NCBI RefSeq assembly: GCF_044704955.1
Contig: NC_091990.1
Location: 135,594,001 to 135,658,000, forward strand
From: Pristiophorus japonicus
Taxonomy: Eukaryota
Direction: 5' to 3'
DNA length: 64,000 nucleotides
A program made the translations under genes and the position numbers. Positions within the stretch are counted from its first letter, which is position 1. Every line of letters begins with the position of its first letter. Below, one piece after another: positions 38,030 through 51,489 of this stretch. Under the pieces are notes generated by a model. The model did not search any database, was not told the DNA's origin, and saw nothing but the letters and a program-made list of their open reading frames with translations.

Positions 38030-41000
38030 GGTTCTCTTGTTGGAGAAGCAAAAGTCAGAAAGAAGATGAGTAAAAGTGGAGGGCAGAGAAACCCAGGGCA
38101 AAAAACAAAAAGGGCCACTGTACAGCAAAATTCTAAAGGGTCAAAGTGTAATAAAAAGGCAAGCCTGAAAGCTCGGTGCCTCAAGACAAGGAGTATTCGG
38201 AACCCAGGAGAGGGCTCTGAGCTAGTTAGAATGGGTGAGAGCGCAGATGAACAAGACCCCAAGAAAGAATGCAAAAGGCAGGAGGCAACAGAGCAGAGTA
38301 GCACTGGGGTAAATGTAAACCACAAGGTGATAGGAAAGGACAATATGTATTTATATAAAGGGGCTGCAGGAGGGTCAAAACTAAAAATCATGGTTTAAAA
38401 ACTAGTATTAAAACACTCTACCTAAATGCACGCAGCATTCGAAATAAAGTAAATGAGTTGATGGCACAAATCATTACAAATGGGTATGATTTGGTGGCCA
38501 TTACAGAAACGTGGTTGCAGGGTGGCCAAGACTGGGAATTAAAAATACAGGGGTATCTGACAATTCGGAAGGATAGACAAGAAGGGAAAGGAGGTGGGAT
38601 TGCTCTGTTAATAAAGAATGATATCAGGGCAGTTGTGAGAGATGATATTGGCTCTAATGAACAAAATGTTGAATCATTGTGGGTGGAGATTAGAGATAGT
38701 AAGGGGAAAAAGTCACTGGTGGGCGTAGTTTATAGGCCCCCAAATAATAACTTCACGGTGGGGCGGACAATAATCAAGGGAATAATGGAGGCGTGTGAAA
38801 AATGAATGGCAGTAATCATGGGGGATTTTAACCTACATATCGACTGGTCAAATCAAATCGCACGGGGTAGCCTTGAGGAGGAATTCATAGAATGCATATG
38901 GGATTGTTTCTTAGAACAGTATGTTACAGAACCTACAAGGGAGCAAGCTATCTTAGAACTGGTTCTGTGTAATGAGACAGGAATAATAAACGATCTCCTA
39001 GTAAAAGATCCTCTCGGAATGAGTGATCACAGTATGGTTGAATTTGTAATACAGATTGAGGGTGAGGAAGTAGTGTCTCAAACGAGCGTACTATGCTTAA
39101 ACAAAGGGGACTACAGTGGGATGAGGGCAGAGTTGTCTAAAGTAGACTGGGAACACAGACTAAACGGTGGCACAATTGAGGAACAGTGGAGGACTTTTAA
39201 GGAGCTCTTTCATAGTGCTCAACAAAAATATATTCCAATGAAAAAGAAGGGCGGTAAGAGAAGGGATAACCAGCTGTGGATAACCAAGGAAATAAAGGAG
39301 AGTATCAAATTAAAAACCAATGCGTATAAGGTGGCCAAGGTTAGTGGGAAACTAGAAGCTTGGGAAAATGATAAACGACAGCAAAGAATGACTAAAAAAG
39401 GAATAAAGAAAGGAAAGATAAATTACGAAAGTAAACTTGCGCAAAACATAAAAACAGAAAGTAAAAGCTTTTACCGATATGTAAAACGGAAGAGAGTGAC
39501 TAAAGTAAATGTTGGTCCCTTAGAAAATGAGAAGGGGGATTTAATAATGAGAAATGTGGAAATGGCTGAGACCTTAAACAATTATTTTGCTTCCGTCTTC
39601 ATAGTGGAAGACACAAAAACCATGCCAAAAATTGCTGGTCACGGGAATGTGGGAAGGGAGGACCTTGAGACAATCACTATCACTAGGGAGGTAGTGCTGG
39701 ACAGGCTAATAGGACTCAAGGTAGACAAGTCCCCTGGTCCTGATGAAATGCATCGCAGGGTATTAAAAGAGATGGCGGAAGTTATAGCAGATGCATTCGT
39801 TATAATCTACCAAAATTCTCTGGACTCTGGGGAGGTACCAGCGGATTGGAAAGCAGCTAATGTAACGCCTCTGTTCAAAAAAGGGGGCAGACAAAAGGCA
39901 GGTAACTATAGGCCGGTTAGTTTAACATCTGTAGTGGGGAAAATGCTTGAAGCTATCATTAAGGTAGAAATAGCGGGACATCTAGATAAGAATAGTGCAA
40001 TCAAGCAGAGGCAACATGGATTCATGAAGGGGAAATCATGTTTAACTAATTTACTGGAATTCTTTGAGGATATAATGAGCATGGTGGATAGAGGTGTACC
40101 GATGGATGTGGTGTATTTAGATTTCCAAAAGGCATTCGATAAGGTGCCACACAAAAGGTTACTGCAGAAGATAAAGGTACGCGGAGTCAGAGGAAATGTA
40201 TTAGCATGGATCGAGAATTGGCTGGCTAACAGAAAGCAGAGAGTCAGGATAAATGGGTCCTTTTCGGGTTGGAAATCGGAGGTTAGTGGTGTGCTACAGG
40301 GATCGGTGCTGGGACCACAACTGTCTACAATATACATATGTGACCTGGAAGAAGGGACAGAGTGTAGTGTAACAAAATTTGAAGATGACACAAAGATTAG
40401 TGGGAAAGCGGGTTGTGTAGAGGACACAAAGAGGCTGCAAAGAGATTTAGATAGGTTAAGCGAATGGGCTAAAGTTTGGCAGATGGAATACAATGTTGGA
40501 AAATGTGAGGTCATCCACCTTGGGGAAAAAAAAACAGTAAAAGGGAATATTATTTGAATGGGGAGAAATTACAACATGCTGCGGTGCAGAGGGACCTGGG
40601 GGTCATTGTGCATGAATCCCAAAAAGTTAGTTTGCAGGTGCAGCAGGTAATCAGGAAGGCGAATGGAATGTTGGCCTTCATTGCAAGAGGGATGGAGTAC
40701 AACAGCAGGGAGGTCCTTCTGCAACTGTACAGGGTATTGGTGAGGCCGCACCTGGAGTACTGCATGCAGTTTTGGTCACCTTAGTTAAGGAAGGATATAC
40801 TAGCTTTGGAGGGGGTACAGAGACGATTCACTAAGCTAATTCCGGAGATGAGGGGGTTACCTTATGATGATAGATTGAGTAGACTGTGTCTTTACTCGTT
40901 GGAGTTCAGAAGGATGAGGGGTGATCTTATAGAAACATTCAAAATTATGAAAGGGATAGACAAGATAGAGGCAGAGAGGTTGTTTCCACTGGTCGGGGAG

Positions 41001-41350
41001 ACTAGAACTAGGGGGCACAGCCTCAAAATACGCGGGAGCCAATTTAAAACCGAGTTGAGAAGGAATTTCTTCTCCCAGAGGGTTGTGAATCTGTGGAATT
41101 CTCTGCCCAGGGAAGCAGTTGAGGCTAGCTCATTGAATGTATTCAAATCACAGATAGATAGATTTTTAACCAATAAGGGAATTAAGGGTTACGGGGAGCG
41201 GGCAGGTAAGTGGAGCTGAGTCCATGGCCAGATCAGCCATGATCTTTTTGAATGGCGGAGCAGGCTCGAGGGGCTAGATGGCCTATTCCTGTTCCTAATT
41301 CTTATGTTGTTATGTTCTTATATTCTTATGTTCTTATGTTCTTATGTTCA
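38030..41350 (+). mobile_element. CR1 LINE with ORF1 tail and nearly complete ORF2 (APE endonuclease + RT)
   Basis: YLNARSIRNK, AITETW, GVVYRPP, MGDFN, SDHSMV and RT motifs; stops at 38803-38805 and 40782-40784, frameshift at an A-run near 40530; (TTCTTATG)n tail. Confidence 0.95.
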
Positions 41351-42066
41351 TATGGCTATTGCCTGGCACTTGTGTGGCACAAATGTTATTTGCCACTTAT
41401 CAGTCCCAGCCTGGATGTTCTCCAGATCTTGCAGCATGCTGGCATTGACTGCTTCATTATCTTGGGAATTGTGAATGGACAAATTGAAAATAGATACAGA
41501 TCATTCCAACTCAACGGTTTTAAAATAGGAAAAACTGGCGACTATATCGTAGAACGTCGGTTGGACCTCAAAGATATTTAATTACGGAATGCTAGGACAC
41601 AGGTTCATGTCTGAGATCACCCACATGGTCAGTCCCAGTTCTCAGATAATGACATCGGTGAGATGTCAACTGGAGACTTCCTCCCCATAGCAATGGAGGG
41701 AATTGAGCTGTAGAGTCACTTGGGACAGCTGAGACACAGCTCCCAGTGCCCCATCACACAGACGCATTGACAGTCACCTGTAAAAGGTTGCTTGCTGGTC
41801 CCTTAGCCATAGTATAGTGTGAGGCTAATTGAGAACCAAGAGAAAAATAAATAGAAAACAGGAGAAAATTACAAGACATGAGCAAATATTGTGGATCAGC
41901 AAAAGTCTCAGGTCAATCTAATATCTGAAGACATTCTACAGCTTTCAGAAACATGTATTCTGGAATAGAAATCAAAGGCTGGAAATGCACAGCATTGTCA
42001 GCATCTGAAATGGGGGAACAATGGAGACCCTTCCGAATAAGTGGGATGAATCACTATTTATTCTAA

Positions 42067-43995
42067 CAGAAAATGCTGGAAATACTCCATAGGCCAGGCA
42101 GCAATCTGTGGAGAAAGAAGCAGAGTTAACGTTGCAGGTCAATGACCCTTCATCAGAACTGGAAGAAGTTAGAGATTTAACAGTTTATAAGCAAGCAGCG
42201 AAAGAAAGGGATGAAGGAGAAGGGGTGGAAAGAACAAAAGGGAAGGTGTTTGAAAATGTGGAGGGCAGCACTCAGTAAATGACAAAAGAGGGCGGTAATG
42301 GGACTACAGCAGATCAGGTCTCCAGTTGTCTTGGGTAATCTTGCCACTGGACCAAGACCTAGCTCTGTCAAGCCCGTGTGGTGGCTGGTGTGCAACGGCC
42401 ACCACACGATAAAAAAATCCACGCACAGGCGTCTTCCACTCTTGAGGATGTAGCTCGGGTTCTTCATTCGAAATACCTGTGAACTCATCCTTTTTTTTGG
42501 TGTGGAAGCACGTCATCCTTGTTTTGAGGGACCGACTATGATGATGATGAATAAAGAAACAAAAGCTGGGTCTAGAGGAGCTGTAAATGGCAACAGCGAA
42601 ATAATTCCAGCACCTGCTGTCTGAAAAAATGGGAGCAATAGTTATGATCTGAAGTTGTTGAAATCAATGGAAGGAAGTAAAGTGCCTAAGTGTAAGCAGA
42701 GGTGCGATTCCTTGAGCTTCCAAGAGCTTCATTAGAACAGTGTAGGAGGATGAGGTCAGAGTGGGAGTGGCATGGAGAATTAAAATGGCAAGCGACCGGA
42801 AGCTCAGGGTCACGCTTGCGGATTGAATGGAGATGTTCAGTAAAATGATCAACCAATCTGCATTTAGTCTCCACAATGTAGAGAAGACCACATCGTGAGG
42901 AGTGAATACAGTATACTAATTTAAAAGAAGTACAAGTAAATCGCTGTGTTACCTCCAAGGAGTGTTTTGGGGCCCTGAACAGTGGGCAGTGAGATGGTAA
43001 AAAGCCAAGCATTGCATCTTCTGCACTTGCATAGCATGGTGCTGTGGGAAGGGGAGCGGGCATTGGGGGCTAATGGAAGAGCAGACCAGGGTGTCATGGA
43101 GGAAATGGTCCATTTAGAATGCTGAAAGGAGAGGGGAAGATGTGTTTGGTAGCGGCATCATGCAGACAGTGATGGAAATGGTGGTGGATGATACGTTGAC
43201 TGTAGAGGCTGGTGTAGGGGAAGGTGAGGACAAGGGAGGAGAAGGCGTGAGGGCAGAAGTCTGGGAAATGGGACGGACATGGTCAGGAGCCCTGTCGACC
43301 ACTGTGGAGAGGAATCCTCGGTTGAAGAAAAAGGAAGATATAGCAGAAGCACTGGTGTGGAAGGTGCATTGTTGGAACAGATGTGATGGAGACGGAGAAA
43401 CTAGGAAAATAGAATAGAGTCTTACTGGAAGCATTGTGGGAGGAAGTGTACTCAAGGTAGCTGTGGAACTCAGTAGGCGTATAATAGATATTGGGGAATA
43501 GCCTATCCCCAGAAGCCCCGAGTCTCATTGCCGAGAGCATGCAGAAATCAAGTGCAGGCAGCGGAAAGAGCATGTGGCAAACCAGTCCCACCCACCCCTT
43601 CCCTCAACGACTATCTGTCCCACCTGTGACAGGTACTGTGGTTCTCGTATTGGACTGTTCAGTCACTTAAGGACTCAGTTTTTAGAGTGGAAGCAAGTCT
43701 TCCTCGATTCCGAGGGACTGCCGATGATGATGATGATGATGATCCCCAGAAATGAAGAGAAAGAATTTGGGGAAGGGAAGGTAAGAGTTGGAGATGGACC
43801 ATCTGAAGGCGAGGGAGGGATGACAATTGGAGGCAAAGTTGATATTTTCCAGTTCGGGGCGAGAGCAGGAAGCGATCATCGACCTGAAACATTAACTCTG
43901 TTTCTCTCTCCACAGATGCTGTCTGACCCGCTGAGCATTTCCAGCATTTTCCGTTTTTATTTTAGATTTTCAGCATCCGCAGTAGTTTGCTTTTG
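42067..43995 (-). mobile_element. Penelope-like element fragment (RT C-terminus and GIY-YIG endonuclease); repeated at ~45506-47432 and ~48943-50869
   Basis: FTCTSFKLVYCIHSSRCGLLYIVETKCRLVDHFTEHL...PVACHFN (GIY-YIG) and YYTPTEFHSYL.YTSSH; interrupted by RTE-type tails at 42306-42549 and 43515-43743. Confidence 0.85.
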
Positions 43996-44410
43996 TACTA
44001 TTTATTCTAACTGGATTGACATAAGAACATAGGAATATACAGAACTTGAAAAGTCTACTGCAGGTCAGGCAGAATCTGTGAAAGATCAGAAGTCAGTCAG
44101 TCGATGTTTCAGATATTTAATCAAAAAGTAGAGGGGTGATCTTATAGAAACATTCAAAATAATGAAAGGGATAGACAAGATAGAGGCAGAGAGGTTGTTC
44201 CCACTGGTCGGGGAGACTAGAACTAGGGGGCACAACCTCAAAATACGGGGGAGCCAATTTAAAACCGAGTTGAGAAGGAATTTCTTCTCCCAGAGGGTTG
44301 TGAATCTGTGGAATTCTCTGCCCAAGGAAGCAGTTGAGGCTAGCTCATTGAATGTATTCAAATTACAGATAGATAGATTTTTAACCAATAAGGGAATTAA
44401 GGGTTATGGG

Positions 44411-44661
44411 TGTAAAGTCCTGTCCCCTCAGTACAGATTCACACGAGGCATGTAGTGAAGTCAAGGTCACTCTGGACCTGCACCTTTTATTTCACAGCTC
44501 TGGAATGCTGCACTTGCCTGAGACCTGTCCTTGTATATCTCTCTCTCTTGCAAGTACACCCCCAGTGGTAAGGTATGCTGGTGGTTACAGGTCATATCTT
44601 ATTACAGTCATGAATAGCATGTTGGGATACAGTTATATAGAATAATGTAAGATACATGACA
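44411..44661 (-). mobile_element. Solo LTR (251 bp) in triplication copy 2
   Basis: TGTAA...TGACA termini; 5-bp TSD ATGGG (44406-44410, 44662-44666); minus-strand AATAAA. Confidence 0.88.
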
Positions 44662-47600
44662 ATGGGGAGCGGGCGGGTAAGTGGAGCTGAGTCCACGGCC
44701 AGATCAGCCATGATCTTTTTGAATGGCGGAGCAGGCTCGAGGAGCTCGATGGCCTACTCCTGTTCCTAATTCTTATGTTCTTATGTTCATATGGCTATTG
44801 CCTGGCACTTGTGTGGCACAAATGTTATTTGCCACTTATCAGTCCCAGCCTGGATGTTCTCCAGATCTTGCAGCATGCTGGCATTGACTGCTTCATTATC
44901 TTGGGAATTGTGAATGGACAAATTGAAAATAGATACAGATCATTCCAACTCAACAGTTTTAAAATAGGAAAAACTGGCGACTGTATCGTAGAACGTCGGT
45001 TGGACCTCAAAGATATTTAATTACGGAATGCTAGGACACAGGTTCATGTCTGAGATCACCCACATGGTCAGTCCCAGTTCTCAGATAATGACATCGGTGA
45101 GATGTCAACTGGAGACTTCCTCCCCATAGCAATGGAGGGAATTGAGCTGTGGAGTCACTCGGGACAGCTGAGACACAGCTCCCAGTGCCCCATCACACAG
45201 ACGCATTGACAGACACCTGTAAAAGGTTGCTTGCTGGTCCCTTAGCCATAGTATAGTGTGAGGCTAATTGAGAACCAAGAGAAAAATAAACAGAAAACAG
45301 GAGAAAATTACAAGACATGAGCAAATATTGTGGATCAGCAAAAGTCTCAGGTCAATCTAATATCTGAAGACATTCTACAGCTTTCAGAAACATGTATTCT
45401 GGAATAGAAATCAAAGGCTGGAAATGCACAGCATTGTCAGCATCTGAAATGGGGGAACAATGGAGACCCTTCCGAATAAGTGGGATGAATCACTATTTAT
45501 TCTAACAGAAAATGCTGGAAATACTCCATAGGCCAGGCAGCAATCTGTGGAGAAAGAAGCAGAGTTAACGTTGCAGGTCAATGACCCTTCATCAGAACTG
45601 GAAGAAGTTAGAGATTTAACAGTTTATAAGCAAGCAGCGAAAGAAAGGGATGAAGGAGAAGGGGTGGAAAGAACAAAAGGGAAGGTGTTTGAAAATGTGG
45701 AGGGCAGCGCTCAGTAAATGACAAAAGAGGGCGGTAATGGGACTACAGCAGATCAGGTCTCCAGTTGTCTTGGGTAATCTTGCCACTGGACCAAGACCTA
45801 GCTCTGTCAAGCCCGTGTGGTGGCTGGTGTGCAACGGCCACCACACGATAAAAAAATCCACGCACAGGCGTCTTCCACTCTTGAGGATGTAGCTCGGGTT
45901 CTTCATTCGAAATACCTGTGAACTCATCCTTTTTTTTGGTGTGGAAGCACGTCATCCTTGTTTTGAGGGACCGACTATGATGATGATGAATAAAGAAACG
46001 AAAGCTGGGTCTAGAGGAGCTGTAAATGGCAACAGCGAAATAATTCCAGCACCTGCTGTCTGAAAAAATGGGAGCAATAGTTATGATCTGAAGTTGTTGA
46101 AATCAATGGAAGGAAGTAAAGTGCCGAAGTGAAAGTGGATGTGCGATTCCTTGAGCTTCCAAGAGCTTCATTAGAACAGTGTAGGAGGATGAGGTCAGAG
46201 TGGGAGTGGCATGGAGAATTAAAATGGCAAGCGACCGGAAGCTCAGGGTCACGCTTGCGGATTGAGTGGAGATGTTCAGTAAAATGATCAACCAATCTGC
46301 ATTTAGTCTCCACAATGTAGAGAAGACCACATCGTGAGGAGTGAATACAGTATACTAATTTAAAAGAAGTACAAGTAAATCGCTGTGTTACCTGCAAGGA
46401 GTGTTTTGGGGCCCTGAACAGTGGGCAGTGAGATGGTAAAAAGCCAAGCATTGCATCTTCTGCACTTGCATAGGATGGTGCTGTGGGAAGGGGAGCGGGC
46501 ATTGGGGGCTGATGGAAGAGCAGACCAGGGTGTCATGGAGGAAATGGTCCATTTAGAATGCTGAAAGGAGAGGGGAAGATGTGTTTGATAGCAGCATCAT
46601 GCAGACAGTGATGGAAGTGGTGGTGGATGATACGTTGACTGTAGAGGCTGGTGTAGGGGAAGGTGAGGACAAGGGAGGAGAAGGCGTGAGGGCAGAAGTC
46701 TGGAAAATGGGACGGACATGGTCGAGAGCTCTGTCGACCACTGTGGAGAGGAATCCTCGGTTGAAGAAAAAGGAAGATAAAGCAGAAGCACTGGTGTGGA
46801 AGGTGCATCATCGGAACAGATGCGACGGAGATGGAGAAACTAGGAAAATAGAATAGAGTCCTTACTGGAAGCATTGTGGGAGGAAGTGTAATCAAGGTAG
46901 CTGTGGAACTCAGTAGGCGTATAATAGATATTGGGGGATAGCCTATCCCCAGAAGCCCCGAGTCTCATTGCCGAGAGCATGCAGAAATCAAGCGCAGGCA
47001 GCGGAAAGAGCATGTGGCAAACCAGTCCCACCCACCCCTTCCCTCAACGACTATCTGTCCCACCTGTGACAGGTACTGTGGTTCTCATATTGGACTGTTC
47101 AGTCACTTAAGGACTCAGTTTTTAGAGTGGAAGCAAGTCTTCCTCGATTCCGAGGGACTGCTGCTGATGATGATGATGATCCCCAGAAATGAAGAGAAAG
47201 AATTTGGGGAAGGGAAAGTAAGAGTTGGAGATGGACCATCTGAAGGCGAGGGAGGGATGACAATTGGAGGCAAAGTTGATATTTTCCAGTTCGGGGCGAG
47301 AGCAGGAAGCGATCATCGACCTGAAACATTAACTCTGTTTCTCTCTCCACAGATGCTGCCTGACCCGCTGAGCATTTCCAGCATTTTCCGTTTTTATTTT
47401 AGATTTTCAGCATCCGCAGTAGTTTGCTTTTGTACTATTTATTCTAACTGGATTGACATAAGAACATAGGAATATACAAAACTTGAAAAGTCTACTGCAG
47501 GTCAGGCAGAATCTGTGAAAGATCAGAAGTCAGTCAGTCGATGTTTCAGATATTTAATCAAAAAGTAGAGGGGTGATCTTATAGAAACATTCAAAATAAT

Positions 47601-47847
47601 GAAAGGGATAGACAAGATAGAGGCAGAGAGGTTGTTCCCACTGGTCGGGGAGACTAGAACTAGGGGGCACAACCTCAAAATACGGGGGAGCCAATTTAAA
47701 ACCGAGTTGAGAAGGAATTTCTTCTCCCAGAGGGTTGTGAATCTGTGGAATTCTCTGCCCAAGGAAGCAGTTGAGGCTAGCTCATTGAATGTATTCAAAT
47801 TACAGATAGATAGATTTTTAACCAATAAGGGAATTAAGGGTTATGGG

Positions 47848-48098
47848 TGTAAAGTCCTGTCCCCTCAGTACAGATTCACACGAGGCATGTAGTGAAGTCA
47901 AGGTCACTCTGGACCTGCACCTTTTATTTCACAGCTCTGGAATGCTGCACTTGCCTGAGACCTGTCCTTGTATATCTCTCTCTCTTGCAAGTACACCCCC
48001 AGTGGTAAGGTATGCTGGTGGTTACAGGTCATATCTTATTACAGTCATGAATAGCATGTTGGGATACAGTTATATAGAATAATGTAAGATACATGACA
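47848..48098 (-). mobile_element. Solo LTR in triplication copy 3
   Basis: Apparently identical to 44411-44661, with the same TSD. Confidence 0.88.
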
Positions 48099-51000
48099 AT
48101 GGGGAGCGGGCGGGTAAGTGGAGCTGAGTCCACGGCCAGATCAGCCATGATCTTTTTGAATGGCGGAGCAGGCTCGAGGAGCTCGATGGCCTACTCCTGT
48201 TCCTAATTCTTATGTTCTTATGTTCATATGGCTATTGCCTGGCACTTGTGTGGCACAAATGTTATTTGCCACTTATCAGTCCCAGCCTGGATGTTCTCCA
48301 GATCTTGCAGCATGCTGGCATTGACTGCTTCATTATCTTGGGAATTGTGAATGGACAAATTGAAAATAGATACAGATCATTCCAACTCAACAGTTTTAAA
48401 ATAGGAAAAACTGGCGACTGTATCGTAGAACGTCGGTTGGACCTCAAAGATATTTAATTACGGAATGCTAGGACACAGGTTCATGTCTGAGATCACCCAC
48501 ATGGTCAGTCCCAGTTCTCAGATAATGACATCGGTGAGATGTCAACTGGAGACTTCCTCCCCATAGCAATGGAGGGAATTGAGCTGTGGAGTCACTCGGG
48601 ACAGCTGAGACACAGCTCCCAGTGCCCCATCACACAGACGCATTGACAGACACCTGTAAAAGGTTGCTTGCTGGTCCCTTAGCCATAGTATAGTGTGAGG
48701 CTAATTGAGAACCAAGAGAAAAATAAACAGAAAACAGGAGAAAATTACAAGACATGAGCAAATATTGTGGATCAGCAAAAGTCTCAGGTCAATCTAATAT
48801 CTGAAGACATTCTACAGCTTTCAGAAACATGTATTCTGGAATAGAAATCAAAGGCTGGAAATGCACAGCATTGTCAGCATCTGAAATGGGGGAACAATGG
48901 AGACCCTTCCGAATAAGTGGGATGAATCACTATTTATTCTAACAGAAAATGCTGGAAATACTCCATAGGCCAGGCAGCAATCTGTGGAGAAAGAAGCAGA
49001 GTTAACGTTGCAGGTCAATGACCCTTCATCAGAACTGGAAGAAGTTAGAGATTTAACAGTTTATAAGCAAGCAGCGAAAGAAAGGGATGAAGGAGAAGGG
49101 GTGGAAAGAACAAAAGGGAAGGTGTTTGAAAATGTGGAGGGCAGCGCTCAGTAAATGACAAAAGAGGGCGGTAATGGGACTACAGCAGATCAGGTCTCCA
49201 GTTGTCTTGGGTAATCTTGCCACTGGACCAAGACCTAGCTCTGTCAAGCCCGTGTGGTGGCTGGTGTGCAACGGCCACCACACGATAAAAAAATCCACGC
49301 ACAGGCGTCTTCCACTCTTGAGGATGTAGCTCGGGTTCTTCATTCGAAATACCTGTGAACTCATCCTTTTTTTTGGTGTGGAAGCACGTCATCCTTGTTT
49401 TGAGGGACCGACTATGATGATGATGAATAAAGAAACAAAAGCTGGGTCTAGAGGAGCTGTAAATGGCAACAGCGAAATAATTCCAGCACCTGCTGTCTGA
49501 AAAAATGGGAGCAATAGTTATGATCTGAAGTTGTTGAAATCAATGGAAGGAAGTAAAGTGCCGAAGTGAAAGTGGATGTGCGATTCCTTGAGCTTCCAAG
49601 AGCTTCATTAGAACAGTGTAGGAGGATGAGGTCAGAGTGGGAGTGGCATGGAGAATTAAAATGGCAAGCGACCGGAAGCTCAGGGTCACGCTTGCGGATT
49701 GAGTGGAGATGTTCAGTAAAATGATCAACCAATCTGCATTTAGTCTCCACAATGTAGAGAAGACCACATCGTGAGGAGTGAATACAGTATACTAATTTAA
49801 AAGAAGTACAAGTAAATCGCTGTGTTACCTGCAAGGAGTGTTTTGGGGCCCTGAACAGTGGGCAGTGAGATGGTAAAAAGCCAAGCATTGCATCTTCTGC
49901 ACTTGCATAGGATGGTGCTGTGGGAAGGGGAGCGGGCATTGGGGGCTGATGGAAGAGCAGACCAGGGTGTCATGGAGGAAATGGTCCATTTAGAATGCTG
50001 AAAGGAGAGGGGAAGATGTGTTTGATAGCAGCATCATGCAGACAGTGATGGAAGTGGTGGTGGATGATACGTTGACTGTAGAGGCTGGTGTAGGGGAAGG
50101 TGAGGACAAGGGAGGAGAAGGCGTGAGGGCAGAAGTCTGGAAAATGGGACGGACATGGTCGAGAGCTCTGTCGACCACTGTGGAGAGGAATCCTCGGTTG
50201 AAGAAAAAGGAAGATAAAGCAGAAGCACTGGTGTGGAAGGTGCATCATCGGAACAGATGCAACGGAGATGGAGAAACTAGGAAAATAGAATAGAGTCCTT
50301 ACTGGAAGCATTGTGGGAGGAAGTGTAATCAAGGTAGCTGTGGAACTCAGTAGGCGTATAATAGATATTGGGGGATAGCCTATCCCCAGAAGCCCCGAGT
50401 CTCATTGCCGAGAGCATGCAGAAATCAAGTGCAGGCAGCGGAAGGAGCATGTGGCAAACCAGTCCCACCCACCCCTTCCCTCAACGACTATCTGTCCCAC
50501 CTGTGACAGGTACTGTGGTTCTCATATTGGACTGTTCAGTCACCTAAGGACTCAGTTTTTAGAGTGGAAGCAAGTCTTCCTCGATTCCGAGGGACTGCTG
50601 CTGATGATGATGATGATCCCCAGAAATGAAGAGAAAGAATTTGGGGAAGGGAAGGTAAGAGTTGGAGATGGACCATCTGAAGGCGAGGGAGGGATGACCA
50701 TTGGAGGCAAAGTTGATATTTTCCAGTTCGGGGCGAGAGCAGGAAGCGATCATCGACCTGAAACATTAACTCTGTTTCTCTCTCCACAGATGCTGCCTGA
50801 CCTACTGAGCATTTCCAGCATTTTCCGTTTTTATTTTAGATTTTCAGCATCCGCAGTAGTTTGCTTTTGTACTATTTATTCTAACTGGATTGACATAAGA
50901 ACATAGGAATATACAGAACTTGAAAAGTCTACTGCAGGTCAGGCAGAATCTGTGAAAGATCAGAAGTTAGTCAGTCGATGTTTCAGATATTTAATCAAAA

Positions 51001-51489
51001 AGTAGAAGTTTATTTCAATGTTTGAAATTGCTTATCTAGACTAGTTTAATGCGAGACTTTTTAATTGAAAACTTTGTAAATCAGGTTTCTTTGAGCAGTG
51101 CTGACCTGCTGAGAGTTTCCAACATTTTCTGTGTAAAAGAAAGCTTTTGGATTCAATAGTTGCTTTGTTCTGTTGTCTTTATCAGAAAACTGCCCATTCA
51201 ATCCTCTGGCAGTGATGTGAAAACAGTTAACAGATTGAAAAGACTGCTTATTTGTTCCATTCTGCACACATACTGTTTCTTTCATGCTGAAGGAGCTGTG
51301 AAATTAATCATACAGGAATCTGCTAGAATTGTGCCATTTATCAGATTTCAGATAATCAACTGTCTGGGAACAGAACAATGAAACAGTGAGAAGATCATCG
51401 GGCAGTTCTTCCAGTGCCCTGTTCAACATTTATCCCTCAATCAACGGACTAACTGGACATTAATATTGTGGATGTAATGATTTGCACTC

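Larger units (their letters stand above)
40916..51004 (+). repeat. Tandem triplication: copy 1 40916-44130, copy 2 44131-47567, copy 3 47568-51004
   Basis: The same ORF set recurs with a 3437-bp offset between copies 2 and 3; junction ...CAAAAAGTA|GAGGGGTGATC at 44130/44131 and 47567/47568. Confidence 0.97.

Noticed and set aside
43574-44032. 152-aa ORF with a CxxC..H motif repeated three times
   Set aside because: A chimera of an RTE 3' zinc knuckle and antisense Penelope sequence, repeated only because of the triplication.
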